From positions 387,896 to 451,895 of the forward strand of contig OZ245755.1 in the NCBI GenBank assembly GCA_965227345.1: a DNA stretch of 64,000 nucleotides. The letters run 5' to 3'. This stretch comes from Sphingomonadales bacterium. GTDB taxonomy: Bacteria > Pseudomonadota > Alphaproteobacteria > Sphingomonadales > G965227345. This document shows, in pieces, positions 40,302-50,996 of this stretch. Every line of letters begins with the position of its first letter. The stretch's first letter is position 1. The translations under genes and the position numbers were made by a program. The notes below the pieces were generated by a model. The model did no database searches. It was not told the DNA's origin and was given only the letters and a program-made list of their open reading frames with translations.

Positions 40302-40875
40302 CTTTTAGGGTCCCTCTCTGTTCCAGAAGTTCCAGCGCGCGTTTGTGCTGGATTTCCATACGTCGGCGTCTGTATTTGCCAATAACCTTGCGAACCGGCC
40401 AGTAGCTGGCCCACCATACCATAATTGCCGCCGGAACACTGCCAACAAGCATGGGGACCAGAAGCGGCCCCAAAGACTGGAGCGGATTTTGAAAGATCTG
40501 CATCAGATGCATGTGAGCCAGCGGATCACTAACCGCATTCATACCCAGTATCCAGCAGCCAAGACGGTAGGTCATGACCCAGATAACGGGAAATGTCCAT
40601 GGATTGCCCACCGCTGTCCCCAAGGCAGAGGCGAACAGGTTGCCGCCAATGACCCATGCCAAAAACGCAGCCAGTACAAAGTGGAACCCCATAAACGGTG
40701 TCAGGGATACAGCCACTCCGCAGGCAAACCCTGCTGCGATACTATGCGAAGACCCGGGCAATCGCGCCACACGATGACGCAAATAGGACAGCGAGCGGCG
40801 AAAGCCCGAACTGGGCCAAAGAAAGGCCAGAACTTTTTTGTGAACCGGTTGCTTGACTCGTCTTTTAAACAGCAT
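40288..40875 (-). CDS. DUF2062 membrane protein
   Basis: MLFKRR...WP..GFRRS...[11 protein letters not shown]...GNPWT. Confidence 0.85.
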   Translation of the reverse strand: MLFKRRVKQPVHKKVLAFLWPSSGFRRSLSYLRHRVARLPGSSHSIAAGFACGVAVSLTPFMGFHFVLAAFLAWVIGGNLFASALGTAVGNPWTFPVIWVMTYRLGCWILGMNAVSDPLAHMHLMQIFQNPLQSLGPLLVPMLVGSVPAAIMVWWASYWPVRKVIGKYRRRRMEIQHKRALELLEQRGTLKDVDN

Positions 40876-40892
40876 GGTTTATGTCCGGGCGG

Positions 40893-41501
40893 TCAACGCA
40901 GGCCTCTGCTTCCCGGTTTAATCGCCGGTGTGTTTTCAAGTTCGGGTGGCAGCTCGTCAGGCGCATAAGTCGGCACATCCATCCGCACCAGCGGAAACAG
41001 CGGTACACCAACATCAGCCTTGCCATTGCTGCGATCGACCAGACAAGCCGCAGCAACAACCTGACCGCCATAATAGCCAATACATTCAATACACTCGCGC
41101 GATGACAGGCCCGTCGTAACCACATCCTCAACCATCAATACCCGCGCCCCTTCCGGGATTTCAAATCCGCGACGCAAGGTAAAAGCCCCGTCTACGCGCT
41201 CGGCAAAAATGGCAGGCACACCAAGTTGCCGACCCATTTCGTACCCCACAACAACACCGCCCATTGCCGGCGACACCACCATATCTATTGCCGATGGCGT
41301 GTCGGCCTTTACTTTGGCCGCAAGGGCAGCGCACAGCTTTTCAGCCCGTGCAGCTTCCATCAGCACCCGGGCACATTGCAGGTAGACAGGACTATGCAAA
41401 CCGGAGGACAGCAGAAAATGCCCCTCCAGCAAGGCACCTGCCTCACGAAAATGTTGTAACACGTCTTCCTGATTCATTTCCGTCTGCCTTGTCTCAATCA
41501 T
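40893..41501 (-). CDS. pyrE: Orotate phosphoribosyltransferase
   Basis: GHFLLSSGLHSPVYLQCA, VEDVVTTGLS PRPP motif. Confidence 0.95.
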   Translation of the reverse strand: MIETRQTEMNQEDVLQHFREAGALLEGHFLLSSGLHSPVYLQCARVLMEAARAEKLCAALAAKVKADTPSAIDMVVSPAMGGVVVGYEMGRQLGVPAIFAERVDGAFTLRRGFEIPEGARVLMVEDVVTTGLSSRECIECIGYYGGQVVAAACLVDRSNGKADVGVPLFPLVRMDVPTYAPDELPPELENTPAIKPGSRGLR

Positions 41502-41543
41502 ACCGCCTCTTCCGTTCTAGTTTCGAATTGCGGCAAAACCGCG

Positions 41544-43694
41544 TCAGCCCCTTACCCGCTCGACTGAACTGACAACACTGGTTGCCCGCAGGGCCGCAAG
41601 AATGTTTGTCAGGTGTTTAGCATCCTTAACCTCGATATCAACGATCAATCGAAAAAAATCGGGATCACGATCGACAATTCGAAAATTACTGATATTGCCG
41701 TGATCGCGGGCAATCACATTGGCCAATGTCGCCAGAGCCCCGGCCTCATGCATCAATGCCACGACCAGCCGACCTGCAAACAGATCCGGCGCATCCGTTT
41801 CAGGCTGCCATGACAGATCCAGCCAGCGCTCGGGGACTTCAGAATATGCTTCCAGGGCCTCGCAATCGATGGTGTGAACCTGAACGCCTTTACCCTGTAA
41901 CACAATGCCGACAATCCGGTCCCCGGGCAAGGGATGACAACATTCGGCAAGATGCACAGCCACACCAGGCGTTAAGCCCTTGATGGGGATTGCATGATCT
42001 CCGGCCTTGCGTTCACGGTTACGGTCTCGCGGCAACGGGAAATTTTTGGCATATTCGCCCTTGAGCTTCTCTCCAGGAAAAACAGCTTCCAGTACTTGTG
42101 CTTCAGCCAAAGTCCCCTGACCAACCGCCAAAAACATCTCATCCGGTGTTTGAAAGCGCAGATTGGCCATGGCGCTCTGAACCGCTTTATCAGAAAGTTC
42201 GCGGTCTTCCTGTTTAAAGGCGCGTTCCAGTATATGTTTGCCAAGGCCCGTATATTCTGTCTTTTGCTGATTGCGCACATAACGCCGGATAGCAGACTTC
42301 GCCTTGCCCGACACAACAAAGGTTTCCCAGCGCGGCGAAGGCGTTTGGGCCTTTGATCTCAATATCTCGACCTGATCTCCATTGTGAAGAACAAACCTGA
42401 GCGGCACAGCACGGCCGTTTACCTTCGCTCCCACACAGGTATCACCGATTTTAGTGTGTACGGCATAAGCAAAATCAACAGGCGTTGACCCCTGAGGCAA
42501 GGCAATAAGCTCTCCCTTGGGTGTAAAGCAGAAGACCTGATCCTGATACATTGCAAGCTTGGTATTCTCCAGAAATTCTTCCGGAGACGACGCATGATCA
42601 AGGATTTCGAGCAATTCGCGCAGCCAGCGGTATTGGGCCGTATCTATGCGCTTGGCATGCTGTTTGTACTGCCAATGCGCGGCAACCCCGATTTCAGCAA
42701 TCTCATGCATGGCCTTTGTACGAATCTGCACTTCAATACGTTGTCGTTCAGGCCCCAGCACCGTTGTGTGCAAGGACTGGTAATTATTATTTTTCGGCGT
42801 CGAGATATAATCATCAAACTGCCCGGGCACCGCCCGCCATTTTTCATGGACAATCCCCAGCGCCTGATAGCAAGTCGGCACCTCGTCCACAATCACCCGA
42901 AACGCCATCACATCCGATAATTGCTCAAAGGTGATATTGTTCCGCTGCATCTTTTTCCAGATTGAAACCGGTCTTTTCTCCCTGCCGGTTATTTCTGCTT
43001 CTATGCCTTCGGCGGCAAGGGTTTCCCGCAATTGTACAATGATCCGTTGCCGCAGATCGTCCCCGCCCTGCTCATGCAGAAAATCCAGCCGGGCAATGAT
43101 TGATGCCCGCGCTTCAGGATTGATATGTTCAAAAGACAGCTCTTCAAGCTCATCCTTGATTTCATGCATCCCGATACGCGCCGCAAGCGGTGCATAAATT
43201 TCCATGGTCTCTAGCGCAATCCGCAGACGTTTTTCAGGCTTTGGAATATGATGAAGGGTGCGCATATTGTGCAGTCGGTCAGCCAGCTTGACCAGCAAAA
43301 CCCGGATGTCGTTTGACATTGCCAGCAGAAATTTTCGAAAATTTTCTGCCTGCCGCAAACTTTCGGAACTCATTTCTATTCGGGAAAGTTTGGTCACGCC
43401 ATCTACCAGCGTTGCAATATTCTCACCAAACAGCTCGCGAATTTCATCGTAGGTCGCAATTGTATCTTCGATAGTATCGTGCAAAAGCGCCGTGACAATT
43501 GTATCGCTGTCAAGCTGCATGCCGGTCAGAATGCCGGCGACCTCAAGGGGATGGGAAAAGTAACTGTCGCCTGAAGCGCGCTTCTGCGTACCGTGTGCCT
43601 TCATGGAAAAGACATACGCCCGGTTTAGCAGATTTTCATCGGCATCCTTATCGTAGGAACAAACTTTCTCGACCAGTTCGTACTGCCGTATCAC
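41544..43694 (-). CDS. spoT: Bifunctional (p)ppGpp synthetase/hydrolase
   Basis: HD domain (LLHDTIED), KLADRLHNMRT, YQSLHT, EVQIRT, TGS and ACT domains. Confidence 0.96.
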   Translation of the reverse strand: MIRQYELVEKVCSYDKDADENLLNRAYVFSMKAHGTQKRASGDSYFSHPLEVAGILTGMQLDSDTIVTALLHDTIEDTIATYDEIRELFGENIATLVDGVTKLSRIEMSSESLRQAENFRKFLLAMSNDIRVLLVKLADRLHNMRTLHHIPKPEKRLRIALETMEIYAPLAARIGMHEIKDELEELSFEHINPEARASIIARLDFLHEQGGDDLRQRIIVQLRETLAAEGIEAEITGREKRPVSIWKKMQRNNITFEQLSDVMAFRVIVDEVPTCYQALGIVHEKWRAVPGQFDDYISTPKNNNYQSLHTTVLGPERQRIEVQIRTKAMHEIAEIGVAAHWQYKQHAKRIDTAQYRWLRELLEILDHASSPEEFLENTKLAMYQDQVFCFTPKGELIALPQGSTPVDFAYAVHTKIGDTCVGAKVNGRAVPLRFVLHNGDQVEILRSKAQTPSPRWETFVVSGKAKSAIRRYVRNQQKTEYTGLGKHILERAFKQEDRELSDKAVQSAMANLRFQTPDEMFLAVGQGTLAEAQVLEAVFPGEKLKGEYAKNFPLPRDRNRERKAGDHAIPIKGLTPGVAVHLAECCHPLPGDRIVGIVLQGKGVQVHTIDCEALEAYSEVPERWLDLSWQPETDAPDLFAGRLVVALMHEAGALATLANVIARDHGNISNFRIVDRDPDFFRLIVDIEVKDAKHLTNILAALRATSVVSSVERVRG

Positions 43695-43771
43695 GGCGAC
43701 AATGCCTTGATAAATACTACCCGTTCAGCCAAAACAACTTCAGCAACGAGTTTATTGGGGGATAAACAGGA

Positions 43772-44149
43772 TCAGTCATCACCATCGTCAGATGAATCAT
43801 TATCCAGTTCAGCTTCAATTTCAGCGCCAGCTTTTGTAGCGGCGCTCATTTCTTCATGCGCTTCACTGGACTTGCTTCCTGCCAGAAGCATGGCGATATC
43901 GTCTTCTTCAGGCTCATCAACCTCGACATGTTTCTGCATACCGTGAATGACGGCTTCGCGCAACTCCGGAACAGAGATCGACACTTCAGCGATTTCACGC
44001 AAAGACACGACCGGATTTTTGTCATTGTCCCGATCAACGGTCACCTGTCCGCCAGACGCTATCTGCCGCGACCTTTGGGCTGCCAGCAATACCAATTCAA
44101 ACCGGTTTGGGACCTTGTCCACGCAATCTTCAACAGTAACCCGCGCCAT
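43772..44149 (-). CDS. rpoZ: RNA polymerase omega subunit
   Basis: [26 protein letters not shown]...[12 protein letters not shown]. Confidence 0.97.
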   Translation of the reverse strand: MARVTVEDCVDKVPNRFELVLLAAQRSRQIASGGQVTVDRDNDKNPVVSLREIAEVSISVPELREAVIHGMQKHVEVDEPEEDDIAMLLAGSKSSEAHEEMSAATKAGAEIEAELDNDSSDDGDD

Positions 44150-44257
44150 TCGTTCTTACTCCAGTCGGCAAGTTCAGGAAAGAGGTGCTTATACAAACAT
44201 CAATACCGCATGTAAAGCACAGCAAGCACCAGTGTTAAATTATATAGGGTTATTCAC

Positions 44258-44794
44258 CTATAATACAAGCGGGCGAACTATTTCATCCGGATTGGCCTGT
44301 GTTTCCAGATCGTCCAGCATCTCTTTCGCGGAGCGCCCGATGACCGGATGACACCATGTCGGGTCTATATCCACCAGTGGCATCAGCACAAAGCGACGCA
44401 GATGCAGCCGGGGATGTGGCAACGTCAAACCGACCAGCCCGTCGGTCGCACCCCACCCGTCCCGGTCAGGCAACACCAGGTCATTGTATGACAACAGGTC
44501 CATATCAATGGTTCTGGCTTCCCAACGTTCCCGCCGCTGGCGACCCATGTCAGATTCTATATTATGCAGGCAATCCATCAGCTGTTTTGGCTGCATGGCA
44601 GTGTTTACGGAAACAACGGCATTGACAAACCATGGCTGGTCCGAGATCGGCACAGGTGCGGTTTCGTACCAGCGGGAGGCCATCTGAACATGAATATCAT
44701 GACTCTCAAGGCGGACAAGCGCCTGTCGAAGCGTATTCAGTGGCTGGCCATAGGCAGGAGATGGCAAATTGGCACCAAGGGCGATCAGGATCAT
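44258..44794 (-). CDS. folK: HPPK (2-amino-4-hydroxy-6-hydroxymethyldihydropteridine diphosphokinase)
   Basis: IALGANL, QPWFVNAV, RTIDMDLL, LPHPRLHLRRFVL. Confidence 0.95.
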   Translation of the reverse strand: MILIALGANLPSPAYGQPLNTLRQALVRLESHDIHVQMASRWYETAPVPISDQPWFVNAVVSVNTAMQPKQLMDCLHNIESDMGRQRRERWEARTIDMDLLSYNDLVLPDRDGWGATDGLVGLTLPHPRLHLRRFVLMPLVDIDPTWCHPVIGRSAKEMLDDLETQANPDEIVRPLVL

Positions 44795-44916
44795 GCGTCA
44801 GGTCCGGGCATTTAATATTTTACCGTTCAGGGTCGCTTCTCTATAAGAGATAACGATATCGTACAACAACCCACATTCGCCATTCAGACATCCATTTTAT
44901 CGAGAAAACCGCAGCA

Positions 44917-45579
44917 ATGAACCACAATACCCCGCCGGCCAACCCTGACTGGGATGCTCCATTGAATTGCCCGTTGTGCCCGCGCCTGGCAGCATTCAGG
45001 CACGACAACGCCCGGGCAAATCCGGCATGGTTCAATGCCCCCGTCCCGTCATTTGGCGATATGGCACCGCGCCTTCTGGTGGTTGGTCTTGCGCCGGGTC
45101 TGAAGGGAGCCAACCGCACCGGTCGGCCATTTACAGGCGATTACGCCGGGGACCTTCTATACCCGACCCTGATCAAGTTCGGGTTTGCAAAAGGCCAGTA
45201 TGATGCCAGACCAGATGACGGGTTAACCCTGACCGGCGCCATGATTACCAATGCGGTCAGGTGTGTCCCCCCGCAGAACAAGCCAACACCGGCAGAAATC
45301 AAGACGTGCCGACCCTTTCTGGAGCGCCAGATCGATGCCCTGGCCAGCATTCAGGTTATTCTGGCACTGGGGCGGATCGCCCATGATTCAGTTCTGACCA
45401 CACTACAGCTTCGAAAGGCCAGCCATCCATTCGGACATAACGCGCAGCATGATCTGGGGAATGGTCGCACCCTGTTCGACAGCTATCATTGCTCGCGGTA
45501 CAACACCAACACCGGTCGTCTGACGACCGAAATGTTCGAACAGGTCTTTCACGATATTACCGCGCATATTGGGCGCTGA
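44917..45579 (+). CDS. Uracil-DNA glycosylase, family 5 (UdgB-like, Fe-S)
   Basis: CPLCPRL, GLAPGLKGANRTGRPFTGD, NAVRCVPPQNKP, YHCSRYN. Confidence 0.9.
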   Translation: MNHNTPPANPDWDAPLNCPLCPRLAAFRHDNARANPAWFNAPVPSFGDMAPRLLVVGLAPGLKGANRTGRPFTGDYAGDLLYPTLIKFGFAKGQYDARPDDGLTLTGAMITNAVRCVPPQNKPTPAEIKTCRPFLERQIDALASIQVILALGRIAHDSVLTTLQLRKASHPFGHNAQHDLGNGRTLFDSYHCSRYNTNTGRLTTEMFEQVFHDITAHIGR

Positions 45580-46284
45580 TCAGCTGTATCTTTCTTCTTC
45601 CCATGGGTCACCCACATTATGATATCCGCGCGTTTCCCAGAAACCGGGCTGATCTGCATCGACAAATTCAATCCGGCGCACCCATTTGGCGCTTTTCCAG
45701 AAATAATACTGCGGCACAATAACACGCACCGGCGCACCGTGCTCACGACTTAAAGGTTTACCTTCCCACGAATGAGCCAACAGAACATCATTTCCGGCAA
45801 ATACCTCCAGCGAGACATTGGTCGTATATCCGTCATAGCTATGAAAAATCACGTGATTCGCGGATTTTTTCGGTTTGACCAGCGAGATAATATGCTGCGC
45901 ACTGACGCCATCCCAACTGTTGTCAAAGCGGCTCCATGCCGTCACACAATGAATATCTGACGTGTCCTTAACTTGCGGCTGGTCCATGAATTGCTGCCAG
46001 TCCCAGATAACTTCATGCTCAACCTCGCCATAAATCCGCAGCTTCCAGTCTTGCCTGTCTAGCTGAGGCTGTACGCCAAGATCCAGAACCGGCCAGTCCG
46101 TGACCTGACGCTGGCCAGGTGGCAGACGATTTTCGCGTTGCCTGTCCGGCGCACCCGTCAACAGGCGGCCATTCTCAGCCCATTTCTTCTTGGACTTGAT
46201 GAGCTTTTCCTTTATACGCCCAACAAGGACCGGGTCCTGCTCATCGTCTTTCCCGTCGACATTCCCGTCGTCTGGCATCATCAC
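45580..46284 (-). CDS. Sulfite-oxidase-family molybdopterin-dependent oxidoreductase (YedY/YuiH-like, no signal peptide)
   Basis: [41 protein letters not shown]. Confidence 0.9.
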   Translation of the reverse strand: MMMPDDGNVDGKDDEQDPVLVGRIKEKLIKSKKKWAENGRLLTGAPDRQRENRLPPGQRQVTDWPVLDLGVQPQLDRQDWKLRIYGEVEHEVIWDWQQFMDQPQVKDTSDIHCVTAWSRFDNSWDGVSAQHIISLVKPKKSANHVIFHSYDGYTTNVSLEVFAGNDVLLAHSWEGKPLSREHGAPVRVIVPQYYFWKSAKWVRRIEFVDADQPGFWETRGYHNVGDPWEEERYS

Positions 46285-46760
46285 CCCTTGTCTCTTAACA
46301 GCCGGCCCTTTTCCCGCTGCCAGTCCCTGTCCTTTACAGTCTGGCGCTTGTCATGAACCTGCTTGCCACGGGCAAGCGCCAGTGACATTTTGGCACGGCC
46401 CCGTTCGTTAAAATAAATCGACAGCGGCACCAGCGTGAACCCCTGACGCTGTACTGCGCCCATCAGCCTGTTTACCTGCTTTTTGTGTAACAACAGCTTT
46501 CTGGGGCGCCGTTCATTATGATTGAACCGGTTGCCAAAGGTATATTCAGGGATATGGGCGTTCACGAGGAAAATTTCGCCATTCTTTGCCTCGGCATATG
46601 ATTCGGCAATATTGGCCCGCCCGGCCCGCAAGGACTTGACCTCGGTTCCCACCAGCACAATGCCGGTTTCAAAAACCTCGTCAACGAAGTAATTGTGTCG
46701 GGCTTTCCTGTTTTCCGCCACCTTCTTGTAGCGATTCTCGTCAACTTTATTCTGGGACAT
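46281..46760 (-). CDS. smpB: SsrA-binding protein
   Basis: [30 protein letters not shown]. Confidence 0.97.
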   Translation of the reverse strand: MSQNKVDENRYKKVAENRKARHNYFVDEVFETGIVLVGTEVKSLRAGRANIAESYAEAKNGEIFLVNAHIPEYTFGNRFNHNERRPRKLLLHKKQVNRLMGAVQRQGFTLVPLSIYFNERGRAKMSLALARGKQVHDKRQTVKDRDWQREKGRLLRDKG

Positions 46761-47641
46761 TATTTCTGTTCCAGAAAGCCCGCATCGATCAGAACTTTTC
46801 TGACCTTCTGCCTTGTGGTCTCGGCCACCGGTGCCATCGGCAAGCGCATCTCGTCACTGGCAATACCCATCAGATGGGCAGCATACTTCACCGGGCCGGG
46901 GCTGGCCTCCATAAACATGGCCTCATGCACCGGCGTCAACCGGTCCTGAATTTCCAGGGCACTTGCATAATTGCCCTTCAGGCAATGGTCCTGAAATTCA
47001 GCCAGAATTCGCGGCAGAATATTTGAAGTTACAGAAATGCACCCCTGTCCACCATGGGCCATAAATGCCAGCGCCGTCTGGTCTTCGCCGGAAAGCTGGA
47101 TAAATTCCTTGCCAACGCCAATACGCTGCAAAGGCACGCGCGCCAGATCAGCCGTTGCATCTTTCACACCGATAATATTTGGTAATTTCGCCAGCCTCGC
47201 CATGGTCTCTATGGACATGTTGACCACACTGCGACCGGGAATATTATAAATAATAATCGGAATATCGGCCGCATCATGTACTGCCTTAAAGTGCTGATAC
47301 ATACCTTCCTGAGTCGGTTTGTTATAATAAGGTGTCACCACCAGTGCACCATCAGCACCAGCCTGCTTTGCATGGCGGGTCAGACTGATTGCCTCGCTGG
47401 TGGAATTCGATCCACAGCCCGCAATAACGGGCACCCGGCCACTGGCAACACTAATACATATTTCAGTCACCCGGCGATGTTCATTATGAGACAGGGTTGG
47501 TGATTCCCCTGTCGTACCACAGGGTACAACTCCTTTGGTGCCTTCCGCTATTTGCCAGTCGACAAATTCAGCAAATTTCTTCTCGTCCACAGCTCCATTC
47601 TGAAACGGTGTAAGAAGCGCGGTTATGGACCCTGTAAACAT
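46760..47641 (-). CDS. dapA: 4-hydroxy-tetrahydrodipicolinate synthase
   Basis: [28 protein letters not shown]. Confidence 0.96.
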   Translation of the reverse strand: MFTGSITALLTPFQNGAVDEKKFAEFVDWQIAEGTKGVVPCGTTGESPTLSHNEHRRVTEICISVASGRVPVIAGCGSNSTSEAISLTRHAKQAGADGALVVTPYYNKPTQEGMYQHFKAVHDAADIPIIIYNIPGRSVVNMSIETMARLAKLPNIIGVKDATADLARVPLQRIGVGKEFIQLSGEDQTALAFMAHGGQGCISVTSNILPRILAEFQDHCLKGNYASALEIQDRLTPVHEAMFMEASPGPVKYAAHLMGIASDEMRLPMAPVAETTRQKVRKVLIDAGFLEQK

Positions 47642-47750
47642 TTTCAACTCCGGAATCTTTATACTGTTGGCAAAATAGAGCCGATCATCAGCCGCCGCAA
47701 CAAACAGATCACAATATTTGGATTATTTTCCCAAAAAACCGGATTCAGAC

Positions 47751-47782
47751 GAAAAAGGCCAGCCCGGCATTGTGGGCTGACC
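47751..47782 (-). terminator. Intrinsic terminator after the EF-hand gene
   Basis: Minus strand GGTCAGCCC-loop-GGGCTGGCC followed by TTTTT. Confidence 0.75.
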
Positions 47783-47811
47783 TGATTCACACAAGGTATG
47801 AATGATGCCGA

Positions 47812-48261
47812 TTACTCAGCCTTGTCACCCTTGTTCTTATGCCACTTTTTGCGATCATCGCGGTTCAGCTGGCCATCCTTGTTCCGGTCCATCATATTGA
47901 ACATCTTGTCACCGGCCATATTGAATTCCGCTTCGGATACCTTGCCGTCGTTATTCGTATCCATCATTTTGAAACGCTTGGCCGCCATATCCTTGCGGCG
48001 CTGTTCAGCCTTCCATTCCATATATTCTTCGAATTGTTCCAAATCAAACGCGTTACCGTTTTCTGCTGCTTTTTTAAAGTCAGCATTCACTTTGGTATCA
48101 AATTCAGATTTTGATATGGCCTTGTCACCATCCATATCGACATCCATCATGCCCTGACCGCCCATGCCATGATGTCCCATACCTTTGGGAGATCCGGCAA
48201 AAGCAGCAGATGAAACCATGACAGCACTGGCAAGAATTAAAGCAGTCGTTTTACTGGTCAT
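47812..48261 (-). CDS. Secreted EF-hand protein, Met/His-rich
   Basis: Signal peptide; DMDGDKAISKSE, DTNNDGKVSEAE and DRNKDGQLNRDD loops. Confidence 0.85.
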   Translation of the reverse strand: MTSKTTALILASAVMVSSAAFAGSPKGMGHHGMGGQGMMDVDMDGDKAISKSEFDTKVNADFKKAAENGNAFDLEQFEEYMEWKAEQRRKDMAAKRFKMMDTNNDGKVSEAEFNMAGDKMFNMMDRNKDGQLNRDDRKKWHKNKGDKAE

Positions 48262-48430
48262 TTTAGTGTTCCTTCAGTTAAGAGTTTAAATTTCCCCACG
48301 GAAACACCCAACATCACTCCGGGCTTTCACATACTGATACGCTGAACAGTTGCTTACCCTGCGCAGTATCATGAAAAAAGTGGTCATATTATGATTAAGC
48401 CGGTTCAGACTGGAACTTTCCTACTGGCCA

Positions 48431-48943
48431 TCAGTGCCGGTTTCCCACAAGTCTGTCCAAAGACAGCAGGCCCGGTCCCCGGCACAGAATAAACAACAAG
48501 GCCGCTGCCCATAAAGCGTGATCCAGCCAAAGATTAGGATATACCAGAAACTGAATGGTCGCGACCATGACAAGTAATGTCGCTGCCGCAAACCGCGATG
48601 CCAACCCGAGGATTAACAGCACAGGTGCTATTAACTCTGTAGCTGTCCCCAGAATTGTGGCCAGCTTGTATGGCAACAGTGGCAAATCATATTCATACTG
48701 GAACAGAAAAAACGTGCTGTCGGCAATCTGCCAGTTAAAGGACAGAACATTCGTGAATTGCTCCCATATGCCATTACCCACTTCAGTATCGAAGGCAATT
48801 TTAGTCATCGCCGACTTCCAGAATACCCCGGCTGCGCCAATGCGCGCAAAGATGGCAATAAACCCGTTTGGTACGCCATCCAGTTTATCGAAAGTCCGGT
48901 TCACCAGATTAATCAGCGAATTTGGCAATATTTTTGTTATCAT
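48431..48943 (-). CDS. DoxX-family membrane protein (BufD-like)
   Basis: ARIGAAGVFWKSAMTK, LFQYEY, ELIAPVLLILGLASRFAA, IQFLVYP, GPGLLSLD. Confidence 0.88.
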   Translation of the reverse strand: MITKILPNSLINLVNRTFDKLDGVPNGFIAIFARIGAAGVFWKSAMTKIAFDTEVGNGIWEQFTNVLSFNWQIADSTFFLFQYEYDLPLLPYKLATILGTATELIAPVLLILGLASRFAAATLLVMVATIQFLVYPNLWLDHALWAAALLFILCRGPGLLSLDRLVGNRH

Positions 48944-49008
48944 CTTCAAGCACCCTATGCTGTTGACACATATTTCTAAAGACAAATTTATGCGATTGAG
49001 AGCTCACT

Positions 49009-49785
49009 TTACGGCTTTGAAAAAATTTCCGTCACCAGCTCTTTTCCTATGACAAAACTTAATGACGTCTGCGGGCTGAATTCTGTGTCCAGAGCCAACG
49101 CCGCTTCTGCCGCCATTTGAATATTTGCCCCTCCAACCAGCGCTGATATAAAGGCGTGATCTGCATCCGAGACCGGCACCATCACGACGCCACCTTCACT
49201 TTGATAGATCAAAAGATATTCAGGACCATCATTCAGATTGACCATTTCGTCGGACTCTTCCGCCTGCATATTGCTTTGCCAGATGCGCCCCACCGGATAT
49301 GACGATGCAAACAATCTCAGGGCCGGATGCAAGTGGAAAGCAATGGACAAGAGGTCTGTAGCCGCCAAATTCAGGAATGCCTGTCCGTCGAGACAGCCTG
49401 CGTCTGCCGCAATCAGGCACTCATGCACCATCCATTCCAGCCCGGCAACATCCCCCAGATAAACCAGAGATTGCGCCGGCGGAAATTCTGACAGGAACCC
49501 GGGGAAGCGATGTCCATAATCCAGCATCACAGCTGTTTCAGGCGGATGAGCCTTCATAAAAGCCCGCGCGCAGGTACTAAAAAACGCCTCCCCCACCAAT
49601 TGAAACACAACCGGAAAGGTCGTGGCCAATGCTTCGGTTAACAGAATGGTATAATTGTTCTGATGAATGGCCAGCCGCGCGCGCACGGGCAGACCGCCGC
49701 CCTCCACCAGCTCTTCAAGCCCGTCAAAGTCGCCATGAACCACGGCCCGGTGCATCCTTTTCTGCACCTCAAGCAAAGACGGCAT
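49009..49785 (-). CDS. DUF2063 MNIO partner protein (BufC/HvfC-like)
   Basis: RLAIHQNN, L..TFPVV.QLVGEAFF, YGHRFPGFL, YLGDVAGLEW, LHPALRL. Confidence 0.88.
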   Translation of the reverse strand: MPSLLEVQKRMHRAVVHGDFDGLEELVEGGGLPVRARLAIHQNNYTILLTEALATTFPVVFQLVGEAFFSTCARAFMKAHPPETAVMLDYGHRFPGFLSEFPPAQSLVYLGDVAGLEWMVHECLIAADAGCLDGQAFLNLAATDLLSIAFHLHPALRLFASSYPVGRIWQSNMQAEESDEMVNLNDGPEYLLIYQSEGGVVMVPVSDADHAFISALVGGANIQMAAEAALALDTEFSPQTSLSFVIGKELVTEIFSKP

Positions 49786-50692
49786 TTGCCTGATCCTCCG
49801 CCATTAAAGCCGCCGACTTCAACAAGGCCGCAGCCTTGTCTGCTTCAGCCAGCAAAATATCAAGCTGCGGGACATCCGTATCCCATTCAATCAGCGTTGG
49901 CACCGGTCCAATTGATGCCAGCACCGTCTGGAACAGATCCCAGACCTCGGTACTTACCGCAGAACCATGGTCATCAATCCGGATTTCTCTGACTGCACCC
50001 TCATGTTCGATCTGCTTAAGATGGTGGCCCGCCAGGTGAATTTCGGCAACCAGCTTGCCCGGAATAGCTTTCAAATACTCAAGCGGATCACCACCAACAT
50101 TGCAACAGCTTACGTATATGTTATTGACATCAAGCAAAAGGCCGCACCCTGTTCGACACGCCATTGCCGTCAGGAAGTCTGCCTCATGAATGGTGGAATG
50201 TTTAAAGCGCATATAGGATGATGGATTTTCCACGAGAATTGTCCGTTGTAACGCCTCCTGAACCATATCAATATGTTCACAGACAATATCGAGTGCCTCT
50301 TCCGTATAGGGAAGCGGCAACAGATCGTTCAGATAGCTCCCTTCTACAATGCTCCAGGACAGATGCTCTGAAACCAGTTCTGGCTGATATTGCTCCACCA
50401 GATGTTTCAAACGTGCAAGGTGCCACGCGTCCGGCATCTCGGCACTTCCCAAAGACAGCCCGACGCCATGAAAGGAAAGTGGGTAATGTTCGCGTATTTT
50501 GCCAAGCTGGCTGTGCACTTCTCCCCCCGCCCCCATGTAATTCTCGCTGTGAACTTCAAACCAGCCAATATCCGGCCGCTCCGTTAATATGCGATCTATA
50601 TGAATTGATTTGAATGAGATTCCGGCAGACGGCTGTATCAGGTGAAACGGGTGAGCAGAATTATCCGATAAGGCGGTTTGCTTTGATCGCAT
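49769..50692 (-). CDS. DUF692 multinuclear non-heme iron oxidase (BufB-like)
   Basis: WFEVHSENYM, HGVGLSLG, VSEHLSW, DLLPLPY, LVENPSSY, LLDVNN, EIHLAGH, IDDHG, LIEWD. Confidence 0.95.
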   Translation of the reverse strand: MRSKQTALSDNSAHPFHLIQPSAGISFKSIHIDRILTERPDIGWFEVHSENYMGAGGEVHSQLGKIREHYPLSFHGVGLSLGSAEMPDAWHLARLKHLVEQYQPELVSEHLSWSIVEGSYLNDLLPLPYTEEALDIVCEHIDMVQEALQRTILVENPSSYMRFKHSTIHEADFLTAMACRTGCGLLLDVNNIYVSCCNVGGDPLEYLKAIPGKLVAEIHLAGHHLKQIEHEGAVREIRIDDHGSAVSTEVWDLFQTVLASIGPVPTLIEWDTDVPQLDILLAEADKAAALLKSAALMAEDQANAVFA

Positions 50693-50729
50693 TACTCTGC
50701 TCCCCTATTTCTACCCGGAATTCGATAAA

Positions 50730-50996
50730 TTAGCCTTTCGTCAGGCTACCGCCGGCAATTTTTGCACATGTCCCTTTTGGAACGGCAATCCAGGCGTCTT
50801 TCTGATCATCAACCTTGGAGGTCCCTGCGCAGGATGTTGTTGCCGTGGCGCAATCATTCTTTCCGGCTTTGGCCACGCCATAGCATTTTTCTATTTCAGC
50901 GGCAGTAGCAGATTGTGGAGCAGCAGCCATGGCAAATGCCATTGCAACGGCTGAAGAAAGAAGAACTGTCGATTTAACTGCTTTTGATTTCATCAT
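50730..50996 (-). CDS. DUF2282 bufferin precursor (BufA1-like)
   Basis: Signal peptide and four Cys: [14 protein letters not shown]...SCAG...W..VPKGTC.KI.GG. Confidence 0.92.
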   Translation of the reverse strand: MMKSKAVKSTVLLSSAVAMAFAMAAAPQSATAAEIEKCYGVAKAGKNDCATATTSCAGTSKVDDQKDAWIAVPKGTCAKIAGGSLTKG

